64,000 nucleotides of DNA from Eledone cirrhosa (Eukaryota): the NCBI GenBank assembly GCA_964016885.1, contig OZ024741.1, positions 207,266,001 to 207,330,000 on the forward strand, read 5' to 3'. Positions 39,080-50,900 of the stretch are shown piece after piece (the stretch's first letter is position 1; each line of letters opens with the position of its first letter). The notes under the pieces are model-generated. The model ran no database searches, was not told where the DNA came from, and saw nothing but the letters and a program-made list of their open reading frames with translations. A program made the position numbers and the translations under genes.

Positions 39080-39900
39080 TTGTGGCGCAATTCTGACAAA
39101 TAGTGGAATGACAATGGTGGGAGTATAGGATCTACTGATGATTTTTAAAAATTAGATTGAATAGATTTGAAGACGATAAAACTTATCACGTATATGGATT
39201 TAGTTTAAAAGATGATTATGGGGAATAATAGAGCTGGTTTTCGGTAATAAATCCAAGTGTTCCTTCAAGACAAGGGCTTCATATATAGAATAAGGTACAA
39301 CGGATACGTTAATTCGAGAAAGATGAGGCTCATACAGGCAATCCGGTTTGTAGTGGATAGTTCTTACAGTACATTCGCGGGTAAGGTTTTCAGGCAGGTA
39401 AGAGGCTTACTAACGGGTTGGAATTGTAACACGCTCCTGGTGGATTTATATTTATTCCCCCGATAGTTTGACTATCTAGAAGGTTTAAGAAAGCTTAAGA
39501 GAGTAGGCTTAATTAGGCACTTGGGTGGATGTTGTAGGTATATCGATGATATATTTGTTCCCAATTACAGGCATTTCGAGGGTTTGTTGCATAAGATCTA
39601 CCCCCAAAGAGTTTAGAGGTGAATAAAAATGGTTGTGATGTTAGCAAGGTTAATTATTTAGACGTCACTATCGAAATAGAAGTCGAGACGTTAGTTGCAA
39701 TGGTCTATAATAAGACTAAGGAATTTAGCTTTAGGTTGGCTTGGATGTCCTTTACATCTAGCTGTGTACCAAAATCTTCAGGATACAACATGTTTTCTAG
39801 CCAAGCTATACGTTATGGCAGTGAATAAACTTTTTAAAACAAATGGTAGGACAGAGATACAAAGAGAAATTTCTAATACAGCGTTTTCATGAGTGCCTTT
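39080..39900 (+). mobile_element. Decayed PLE RT of the Naiad type (inferred)
   Basis: FAGKVFRQVRG..TGWNCNTLLVDLYL, RYIDDIF, KIYP, VNYLDVTIEI, VYNKTKEFSF, SSCVP..SGYNMFSSQAIRY; no GIY-YIG seen downstream. Confidence 0.7.
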
Positions 39901-40899
39901 GTACTAATAGGGAGATTTGGGGAAAATTTGGGTTATTTCTAGTTTGCACATGAGAGACATAGGACTTTGAAATTTAACTTATGTTGCCTTACGGTAGTAG
40001 AAGCACAACGCATTTAGGATAGATTAAACAAAATTCTAAAAAATACGGGGTTGGTTTCGGTTGGCTTTGGAAAGCATATAGTTTGAATTTATTTCAATTT
40101 ATTCTTAATTTTATTTATTTGTTTGTGATCTAAGGAAATTTTGGTATATTTCCAAATCGTAATATAGTTCTTTTGTATTTTATGTACTCAATTATACTAT
40201 GTACTGTATTTATATGTACTTCTCTCTATATGTGTGTACATATGTATATGTATGTATTGACATGCATGTACATATGTTTTATGCGTGTATGTCTATCTGT
40301 ATGTTTATATATAGGTGATGCGTATCTACCTATTTGTGAGGGTACATATACGTATGTATATGTGGGAATTGTGTATGTACATGTGCGTGTTTATCCATAT
40401 AATTCGATCGCACTTATGTATAGTGATTATCCCAAGATTCGTGACAAAAAGACATATAATAACTGCCATAAATACATAACAGGTAATCTTATGAAACTTA
40501 TATAAAAAGTTTTGTTTAATAACATAAAGTATGTATAACATAACATTTCCTTTAATATCTTAACAATTTAACACTTTATAAGATTCCTATATCTTAAATT
40601 AAATTAAAGAATCCTTTATATTTTGTATGTATATGTTATATACGTAGTTAGATATGTATATGTATTTTTATAAGTGTGTATATATATTTATATGTACGTA
40701 TTTTTTGCGTGTGTATACGTGTTATGTAATATATAGATCTTTAATAATATATGGATTTCTTAATATATAGATCCCAATTTTTAATATATTGATCTCAGTA
40801 TTTAACTGATTAACTAAACATCTTATCATATTTAAACAATGGTTAAATTTCTCATATTATATATGTATATTCCATTCATGATTATTAACATTTCTAATT

Positions 40900-41297
40900 T
40901 TTATTTATTCATTTCATCTCAATTGTTAAGTTAACTCAACAAGATATGACTTAGTGTTTTTCGTTCTCTCTCATTTTTTCGTCTCCTCTCTCTCTCCGTG
41001 TTTCTCTCTCTGTTTATTCTGCTCTCTCTCTTTACTTCTCTATCTTTCTATTTCTCCGTAACCCAACGGCTTATTTTTAAAATATCCAATACTAATAATT
41101 AACGCTATAACTCCACTATCCGGGAGCTTCCAACAGTAATGGTTGCATTCTTTAAGGGTATGTCAATATTTATTTATAAAACTGATCTATATTATATTTT
41201 ATCTGATGAAAGCACACCATAATTTAACTTGGTGTCCTTGAAATATGTATAATGAAATAAATATGGTTTTATAAATATAGTTTCCATTCGTTAATAT

Positions 41298-41300
<3 letters not shown>
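40900..41300 (+). mobile_element. pLTR of the 15449/55533/57320 family
   Basis: Shares ccactatcc...gggtatgtcaatatttatttataaa...HHR...tttataaatatagtttcca; ends in (TA)n. Confidence 0.75.
41195..41259 (+). ncRNA. Type I HHR
   Basis: TATTTTAT-CTGATGA-AAGCACACC..GGTGTCCTT-GAAA-T-ATGT-A-TA^-ATGAAATA. Confidence 0.8.
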
Positions 41301-41344
<44 letters not shown>

Positions 41345-41411
41345 AAGGTTTAGCAAATAATGAAAAAGTTTCAAAATAAATTTTAAAAAATTGACTTTAC
41401 CTACTATAGTT

Positions 41412-41494
41412 ACCTTTACCGATCAGTTTCGAATCCCAAAAATAAACGGAGGCCATACGGCCTTCGTTGCAAAGAAAGATTCTCGTCAGAAGGT
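41412..41494 (-). ncRNA. Type I HHR
   Basis: ACCTT-CTGACGA-GAATC..GATTC-GAAA-CT-GATC-GG-TA^-AAGGT. Confidence 0.82.
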
Positions 41495-41679
41495 TCTTTT
41501 CATTCGAAGAATATAAAATTCTTGAATTCAAATTACGAACTAGCGCTATCCAAAACTGTTCCCGAGATGAGAGTGAATGAAGTGGAATCAACTTCATTCA
41601 CTCTCATCTCGGGAACAGTTTTGGATAGCGCTAGTTCGTAATTTGAATTCAAGAATTTTATATTCTTCGAATGAAAAGA

Positions 41680-41762
41680 ACCTTCTGACGAGAATCTATC
41701 TTTGCAAAGAAGGCCGTATGGCCTCCGTTTATTTTTGGGATTCGAAACCGATCGTTAAAGGT
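41680..41762 (+). ncRNA. Type I HHR (mirror copy, one stem III mismatch)
   Basis: ACCTT-CTGACGA-GAATC..GATTC-GAAA-CC-GATC-GT-TA-AAGGT. Confidence 0.7.
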
Positions 41763-41942
41763 AACTATAGTAGGTAAAGTCAATTTTTTAAAATTTATTT
41801 TGAAACTTTTTCATTATTTGCTAAACCTTGTTTATATATGTTCTGGCTCGTTAATTTATTAACCTGCCATTGAACCACATTGGCATTTGGTTGGACAATA
41901 CATGCGTCCCTTAACGCCTTGTGCGTGAAGGAACACATATCC

Positions 41943-41992
<50 letters not shown>

Positions 41993-42099
41993 CTTATGTA
42001 TTTAATCAATCTTAATTGTGGTTTGCATTCGAGTATATATTTTGTTAATTTTATTAATGATTTAATAATTGCTGGCCTTGAGCCAAAAGTAGAAATAAT

Positions 42100-42501
42100 T
42101 TAATAATTGTTTCTACTTTTTGGCACAAGGCCAGCCATTATCCCGGTGCATTACTGGTACTTTATTTTATCAATCCCGTAAGGATGAAAGGCAAATTTAA
42201 CCTCCGCGGGATTTGAACTCAGACTATAAAGGGGCGTAACTCTATACTGCAAAACATTGCATCCGACCCTCTACCGATACTGCCAAACTACCGCTCTCTA
42301 TAATAATTTAATAATTGTTTCTACTTTTGGCACCAGGCCAGCAATTTAACCAGTGCATTACTGGTACTTTATTTTATCGACCCCGTAAGGATGAAAGGCA
42401 AAGTTAACCTTGGCGGATTTGCACTCAGAATGGAAAGGGCCGTAACTCTATGCGTCAAAGCATGGCGTCCGACTCTCTACCAATACTGCCAATCCACCGC
42501 C
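42100..42501 (-). mobile_element. Two tandem tRNA-derived SINEs (about 42100-42295 and 42312-42501)
   Basis: Same family as 19016. TAATAATTTAATAAT flanks the second copy (42301 and 42503) like a target-site duplication. Confidence 0.85.
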
Positions 42502-42862
42502 ATAATAATTTAATAATGACACTGAGATGTATACCTCTTGCGTCGCTTATTGGTTATATTTTCTGATATCATATATTTTTCTTATGTGTGTAATTTTCAT
42601 CATAAATTCATTTCACTGATGTCGGTAGTTTCTTAATAATTTGGGTATTTTCTTTAGTTTTATTGGGAGAGATGGAGTAGTAACTATACTTCTTGTATTC
42701 TTTGTCTTTGGAATTTTCGCTCTTTTTTCTTTAATAACTTAGTATTTTGTTTAATTTTAATTATGTTTTATATTGGAGTCTGTATATATTTATTTGAAAC
42801 CTGGGCCTCCCGATCCTTGACATCACAACATCTTAATAATTTAAAGAAAATCCTAGCTATTA

Positions 42863-42937
<75 letters not shown>

Positions 42938-42940
<3 letters not shown>

Positions 42941-45900
42941 AGTAGGAGGTGAGTAATATTATAGAACAATAAAACTATGTGTATATCAGATAAGTAGCAC
43001 TCAACAGTTGGTATAACTGGAGTATATATAAAGAAGAAATTAAAAGATGGTTAAAAAAGTTCCATATATTTTATTATGCGCATTATCCTGGGACAAACAT
43101 TGTGTTCTCATCAGATAAAATAAGGTAACATGATATGAGGCCTAAAAACACTTGTGAACGAGAAAGTGTCCAATCTACATATGACAAAAATATAAGAGAA
43201 GAGAAAATAATAGGAAAAAATGAAGAAAAGAAAAGAAGGAAAAAGGAAAAAGAAATAGAAGAGAGGGAAAAGAAAGAAAGAAGGAGGAGAGTGAAGGAGA
43301 AAGAGAGAGAGACTTTTGATCGGGAACGCTGTAAAAAAAATGAAAACAGCCGTAAATAACGGCTAAAAAAATAAATAAATAAATTGATGAGGTGTATGTG
43401 CTAATATTACAAATATTAGAGGTCTAGAATATAGAAACTGGGTATATTATTTTATATTGAGTTTCAATACTAAAAATGGGATTAAAAAGTGTAAAAATGT
43501 ATTAATAAAATGAAATATAATAAAATTAAATTAAATTAAAAATAAATATAATAATTATAAAAAAAGGTTTTTAAAATAAAATAAAATAAAATAAAATAAG
43601 ATAGAATGGAATAAAAAATAAAAATGAGAATAGTCTACCTATGTCAAAATTAAAAATTACTATTAAAAATTTATATATTTGGGGGTATACTATTTAATTA
43701 TTATTTTATATCAACAAGTAAATAATCGGAAATTGCTAGAAAGGTTTATAAACGTAGAAAGACATATGACGTCATAGTTTGTTTACAAAATCTACGAAGG
43801 TTTGAACAGAATTTAAGGCAATAGAGGAAAAAGGTGAAAGGCTTAAAAATGCAAAGAAAAGAGAATTAATACATTGTAGAATATAATGAAATATGTGAGA
43901 CTCTTTAAATCGGAAAATTCCTCAAATTCGCGGTGGAATATATCGTGATCATGCTCATTTTACTGTCTTAAATTGTAACAAAGTAAACTTTAATATTATT
44001 AAGAAAAATATACTTGAACTATTTAAGCATCTTAATTTAAAAATTGAATTCGTGAATAATGATAAATTAGCAAATTTCCTTGATATCCCTTAACCTAGAT
44101 ACTGGCCTATATTACCCATACCATAAGGATAATGAGAACCTAAATTATGTTAACTTTAAATCAAACCACCCTAATAATGTTAAAACTGCTATAGTCAGAA
44201 GTGTTGAAAATAGTATTTCTAATTTATCCTCTAATAGACATATCTTCGATGCTAACGCCAACTATTATAATAATGCGTTATCTAGGGCTGGATACACTAA
44301 GGAAACTAATCTTGGCAGAACTTATAGTAATAAAGCTAGTAATAAGCATACCAGTAACATAAGGGGGTGACCTAGATATAAAAATATCCTTTGGTAGAAC
44401 ACTCCCTTCTCTCTTTCACTTATTAGTAATATCCCTAAATTATTTTTTAGGGCTTTAGATAACAGCTTCCTCCCTTCACATATATATAGCAAGATTTTTA
44501 ATAAGCATACCATTAAATTCTCATATTCCACTACTTCCAACATTTCTAAAATTATCTCAAGACATAATTCTAAAATATTAAATAATAACTCATATGCATC
44601 CAACCATGAGAGTCATAATAATAACACTATAAGGCCCGACGTCAATGTAAACTCTAGCCAAAATAACATAAATATAAATACAACATCAAACGTAATTTTG
44701 AGGAATGCTTCAAATAGTAATGTAAATCAGGAAACCTTAGCACCTCCTTTAGCTAATTCCACCACTCCAGTTCCTAATATAAATAATCCTGAGCCACTTG
44801 CAAATAACTCTGTTAATAATCTTAATCGTAAATGAAACTGCCCTATTAGAACTAATTGTCCTCTTAGTAATTTCTGTCTCGATAAAAACCTAATATACGA
44901 ATGTAAAGTGGTAACTAGTACCAATACCAATACCTACATTGGCTCTACTTCTACTTCTTTTAAAGCAATACTCTATAACCATTCTTCTACGTTTAAATAT
45001 CCACTTAAAAGAACCAGCACCGCACACTCAGAACTTATTTGGTCCGTAAAAGACAAAAACATTAATTACGAAATTTCTTGGCGTAAAATTTGCAACGCTT
45101 TTCCTTATTCCGATGCTTCCATATTTAGGGTTTGTAATTTATGTCTAGCTGAAAAATTTACCATTATCTCGAATTTCAACTCTTTAATAAATAGACGTAC
45201 AGACTTATTTGGTCGTTGAATTCATAAATCTTTTAAGACCTTTCACAAAGTATACAGCTAATGTCCTATAACATATTCCACGGATAACGGTTAATTTTTT
45301 TACACATATAAATTTTTTACACATATATCTTTTCACACATTTTTTCTCACATATTTCATTATATTCTACAATGTATTAATTCTCTTTTCTCTGCATTTTT
45401 AAGCCTTTCACCCTTTTTCCTCTATTGCCTTAAATTCTGTTCAAACCTTCGTAGATTTTGTAAACAAACTATGACGCCATGTGTCTTTCTACGTTTATAA
45501 ACCTTTCTAGCAATTTTCTTTATTTACTTGTTGATATAAAATAATAATTAAATAGTATACCCCACATATATACATTTTTAATAGTAATTTTTAATTTTGA
45601 CATAGGTAGACTATTCTTATTTTTATTTTTTATTCTATTCTATATTATTTTATTTTATTTTATTTTAAAAACCTATTTTTATAATTATTATAATTATTTT
45701 TAATTTTATTTAATTTTATTATATTTTATTTTATTAATACATTTTTACACTTCTTAATCCAACTTTTAGCATTCAAACTCAATATAAAATAATATACCCA
45801 GTTTCTATATTCGAGACCTCTAATATTTCTAATACTAGCACATACACCTCATCAATTTATTTTTTTTTTTAGCCGTTATTTACAACTGTTTTCATTTTTT

Positions 45901-46233
45901 TGCGTTCCCAATCAAAAGTCTCTCTCTCTCTATCTCTCTCTCTCTTTCGCTTTCTCTCTCCTCCTTCTTTCTTTCTTTTTCCTCTCTTCTATTTCTTTTT
46001 CCTTTTTTTTCCTTCTTCTTTCCTTTTCTTCATTTTTCCTATTTTTTTCTCTTCTCTTATATTTTTGTCATATGTAGACTGGACACTTTCTCGTTCACAA
46101 ATGTTTTTAGGCCTCATATCATGTTACCGTATTTTATCTGATGAGAACACAATTTTTGTCCCAGGATGATGTTGTTTTCGAAATGCGCATAATAAAATAT
46201 ATGGAACTTTTTTAACCATCTTTTAATTTCTTC

Positions 46234-46237
<4 letters not shown>
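42938..46237 (+). mobile_element. PLE family D (Nematis-like): RT C-terminus + GIY-YIG at about 43900-45261 between inverted pLTRs (about 43030-43900 / 45345-46237)
   Basis: GGIYRDH, NFLDISLNL, YVNFKSNHP, NILW*NTPFS, *NC....CPL..FC..NLIYEC, YIGST, CNLCLAEK. About 870-bp inverted repeat, tail on the left arm only, (TA)n both sides. Confidence 0.9.
46130..46199 (+). ncRNA. Type I HHR; the mirror copy at about 43069-43121 has lost GAAA
   Basis: TATTTTAT-CTGATGA-GAAC..TTTC-GAAA-T-GCGC-A-TA^-ATAAAATA. Confidence 0.85.
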
Positions 46238-46313
<76 letters not shown>

Positions 46314-46342
46314 CATATATATATATACATATATATATATAT

Positions 46343-46396
<54 letters not shown>

Positions 46397-46483
46397 ATAT
46401 ATACATATATATATATATACATATATACATATATATATATACACATATATATATATACATATATATATATATACATATATATA

Positions 46484-47227
46484 TTGAGTTAAGAACTCAA
46501 GGTAATCCCTTACAATTAAATAGCTCTCAGAAAAAAGCAGTACAATATAATTGAATAAACAAGAGAGATGAACACTAATATAAACATACATGTGTTCGAA
46601 TCGTAAGGACTAAAATTTGCTAGTGTGAAAAAATACTAGTTTTAGTCCTTACAATTCGAACACATGTATGTTTATATTAGTGTTCATCTCTCTTGTTTAT
46701 TCAATTATATTGTACGTCTCGGAAAAGCTTTTTTCTTAGAGCTATTTAATTGTAAGGGACTACCCTGAGTTCTTAACTCAATATATATTTGTCGGCTCCA
46801 TCATGTAGAGCTAATTTTTATTGTCCTGTCAGCCAGGCTGCTATTTTTAGTCGCAGGGAATTTTGAGACAAGCTGGGTTCCAAATGACACGTGCGATAAT
46901 TCATATCGTACACAATTCATTCTCTAATATTTTTAGAAGTGAAAGGTTCACTAATTTCTCAACAACTACTGAGGAGCAGAGAAACGTGAAAACTTCACTT
47001 AATAAGATGTTGCGAAACAGTCTCCAACACTGTTTAGTTGTTACCAGGCATTTTTGCCCAATATAGGTTTGTTATATTTCTTTATTTTTCTTAATTTAAT
47101 ATTTAAAGTTAAAGATAACAAACTATATTGCTGTAGTTAGTATTTTTTCACCCTAGCAAATTTTAGTCCTTACGATTCGAACACATGTATGTTTATATTA
47201 GTGTTCATCTCTCTTGTTTATTCAATT

Positions 47228-47230
<3 letters not shown>
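46484..47230 (+). mobile_element. ORF-less retrozyme-like element, unit about 521 nt, terminally redundant, with inverted 5' piece (46484-46638)
   Basis: 46640-46709 is repeated at 47161-47230. Full HHR inside; (TA)n on both sides. Confidence 0.75.
46961..47042 (+). ncRNA. Complete type I HHR with stable stem III
   Basis: AACAACTA-CTGAGGA-GCA..TGC-GAAA-CAGT-ctccaac-ACTG-TT^-TAGTTGTT; predicted cleavage after 47034. Confidence 0.88.
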
Positions 47231-47303
<73 letters not shown>

Positions 47304-47311
47304 TGGACTGT

Positions 47312-47393
<82 letters not shown>

Positions 47394-47395
47394 TA

Positions 47396-47890
47396 TACTG
47401 GACTGTTGAGGTGAACAGACGTGTTTCTATTGCTCTCTACCAAGTCTGTAGCCAGTTTCACAGCTTTAAAGCCTATTTGACCGAACTTATATATGTATAT
47501 ATATTTGTAACCATGTGCTTTTCCTACCAACTCGTAAGTACGTTTTCTTAACTACATATTATTATACACTCGTTTTTCTCTTAATATCTTCAAATAACCA
47601 ATTAACCAAAAACTTTTAACAACTTCAAACAACCAAATAACCAAATCTCACATCCATAAAAAAGAATACATATCTATATATACGCTACTTTAATATCTTC
47701 AAATAACCAAAGGCTCACTCACATAAGGAAAAAGTATATACAAATACACGGGCTTTCCCTACAAACTCGCAAGCAAGTCTTCTTAACTACAAACTATTAT
47801 ATACACTCGTTTTTCCTTGGATATCTTCAAACAACCAAATAACCAAAAAAGATTAATATCTTCAAACAACCAAACTCACATCCATAAGAA

Positions 47891-47949
<59 letters not shown>

Positions 47950-50900
47950 GATTCTTTAATTTCTTCAAATAACCAAAGTCTCACTCACGTATCAAATAAA
48001 AAATATCTTAAAACGCACACAAGGGTAAAAGAAAAAGAAAAAATATGACTACTGACCAGCAAGCCCACACCGGACGAAATTAGTCTGAAAATGAAATTGA
48101 CCTCTTAATAAACACATAGTTTTCTCTGTCCCCAAAATATAAACATTAACGCGTCGTGTCTGAATGAAATTTCTGAGAAAAACAGCTCAAACATTTACCA
48201 CGAGGTCTGCTAAGCAGATACACAACAAACTAAAACATGTAGAATTCTCTTTCAAACTAATTCAAAACCATTTTGAAAAACTTCGACATATTTACTCCAA
48301 TGGGCAAACACAACAACAACAACAGCCACAACAACAACAACAGCCAGAAAGCCAGGAGCAACCACTACTGAATTCAAGCATAATAGCTGAATTACTGAAT
48401 GACAGTATCACTCAGCCATCATTATCGCCATCACCATCACCACCGTCACCATCTTCTGCCACATCAACTGCTAGTAATGGACCACTGCTCTCTCTCCCAC
48501 CACAGTTGTCATCATCATCATCACCACTAATGCATTCTTCCCCCACATCACCACCACAGCCATGCCATAATCAAAAGAACTTTAAAAAAAAAGATCTATG
48601 GAGCTGTATGCACCCACCACTACACATACTAGAAACCCCAAAATATGCCGCTACTCACTACGTCAGAGGCTATGCACACGTATCGACTGTATATTTACCC
48701 ATTTACCGGGTACTAGGCGCACTAACACTGCCAGCCAACATCAAAGCATGCTGCCAGCACGTATAGGTCGCAGTCCCAAAATCTGCCAACATTCCCAACG
48801 TGAGAGGCTATGTCTGCTGACTGACTGTCCCTTCACTCATCTTCCTGGGACACAACGCACGAACAGTAAAGGGGCTTCATGCCAACCCACAAACCACAAT
48901 AAAGCCACCCCCTGCTGCGGTAATGCTGCTCCAGTCTCCTCACAAAGATAGGATTACAACAACAAAAACAACAAAAGTAATGCTGCTCCAGTCTTTTCAC
49001 AAAGACACGATCACAACAACAACAAATACAACAATAACAAATACTACAACAACAAAAATAACGCTGCTCCAGTCTTTTCACAAAGACACAATTACAACAA
49101 ATACAACAACAAAAACAAAAGAGGGAACTGCAACCCTATCCAATGTTGTAACCACAAATCCAATCAAAAACTCCTTTCTGAACAAAAAAAAATCTTTCTT
49201 TTTTAGCCATGAACCTCGCAAAAGAGATAGAGAAAAACATTTTAGCCATCACCCAACACGATCCTTGCTGTCACTAACAGACAATCACAAAACAAGCACC
49301 CTGCAACAGTCAAAACCAGCCACCACACTAGCCTCCACATTCTTACGCAATACACAAGGTATCAGCCCATCCATCAATGCACAGAAATGGAAGATCCAAT
49401 TCATTGAGGATTGGGTTGGTAACCATCCATTTCACATCCCTTTCTTCATTCTTACTGCGACCCACCTTAACAACTCCCACTTGGAGGCCGAAGTAAGAGT
49501 GAGAAATTTCACAACCATCCGTGCGGATCGTGTTGGCAGAAGGAAGGGTGGAACTGCCATTTTCCTGCATGATTCCTTTACGGCAGATGGCAACACAACA
49601 TTCTCCAATGGATACTGTGAATCAGTCACTGTGCACAATAAAGCCAATGACCTGACATTAGTTGGGCTCTATAGGCCACCAGAAACACCCATAATCTGCT
49701 TCAAAGAATGCCTCAACAGTATTAAATGCTTTATTAAACAGTGCCATTCTAGCAACATACTTTTGATGGGAGAGTTTAATCTACCCTGTGTCGATTGGTC
49801 TACATGTAGTTTGAAACCAGGCTCCACTACCTCAAACACTGACAAAGAGGCTGTCGAGTCACTTCTTGACTTCATGAATGAGTTTTTCTTGTCCTAACTT
49901 GTCCTTGCACCAACGAGGCATCAGAAGAACATTCTGGATCTAGTGTTTAGTAACCACACTAACACTATATATAATAATACAGTGGAAAAAAACCCTTCTC
50001 TCAGACCATGACATGGTTCTTTGTAACCTGAGATTCCACCAGCCAAAAGCCAATCCCAGGGTCCTCTCTCCAGCCCACCCATTTGATAACATGGATCTCT
50101 ACAATGCCAACTGGGATGTAATTATGAACGAACTATCACATGTCGACTGGTATTTTACAGATGCACACACTTCCACCAACATCAAAACATCTTGGCAGAT
50201 CTTTGTAGACACTGTCACAAATATATGTTCAAAACACACCCCACCAAAACCTGTGAACAAAACCAAGTGCAGTATCCCCCAAAACAGAAAAACAATTATC
50301 AGAAAAATAAAAAGAACAAACAAAAAAATTAACACACTAAAATACTGCCAACAGCAACACACACATTCAATGGCTATCACCCTGCTTGAGTAAAAAAAAT
50401 ATAACCTCCAGCAATGCATGATGACCATCATCAATAACCAGAGAATAGGTGAAGAGAGGTGGGCCATTGAGAAAATCAAACTCAACCCCAAAGTGTTCTT
50501 TACATTTGCTCAAAAACACATGGTCACCGTCTCCACTGTTGGCCCCCTAGTTGCTGAAAATGGCACACTCCAGGACAATGCCAAAACCATGGGCGAGATA
50601 CTGCATAAACAATACTGCTCTGTTTTCAGCAATCCTGATATGGTCGATCTGGGCCGTATCAGTGATGTTAATCCCCAACACACTATATCAGACATAACGT
50701 TTGGCCCACTGGTGTCTTAGCGGCAATAAACGAAATTAAACACAATTCAGCAGTAGGCCCTGACAGGTTCCCTGCTTGTGTCCTGAAGGTGTGTCGATAC
50801 CAACTTGCATCTCCTCTTGCTAATCTGTGGAGGAACTCACTGGACACTGGCTATATTCCTGAAAACTTTCTGTCCCAGTCCGTTGTCCCAGTCTTCAAAA

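Larger units (their letters stand above)
41336..41945. mobile_element. Fold-back HHR element: arms of about 245 bp (41336-41581 / 41593-41839) plus right-hand tail, in (TA)n
   Basis: Near-perfect palindrome; each arm carries an HHR. Confidence 0.85.
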
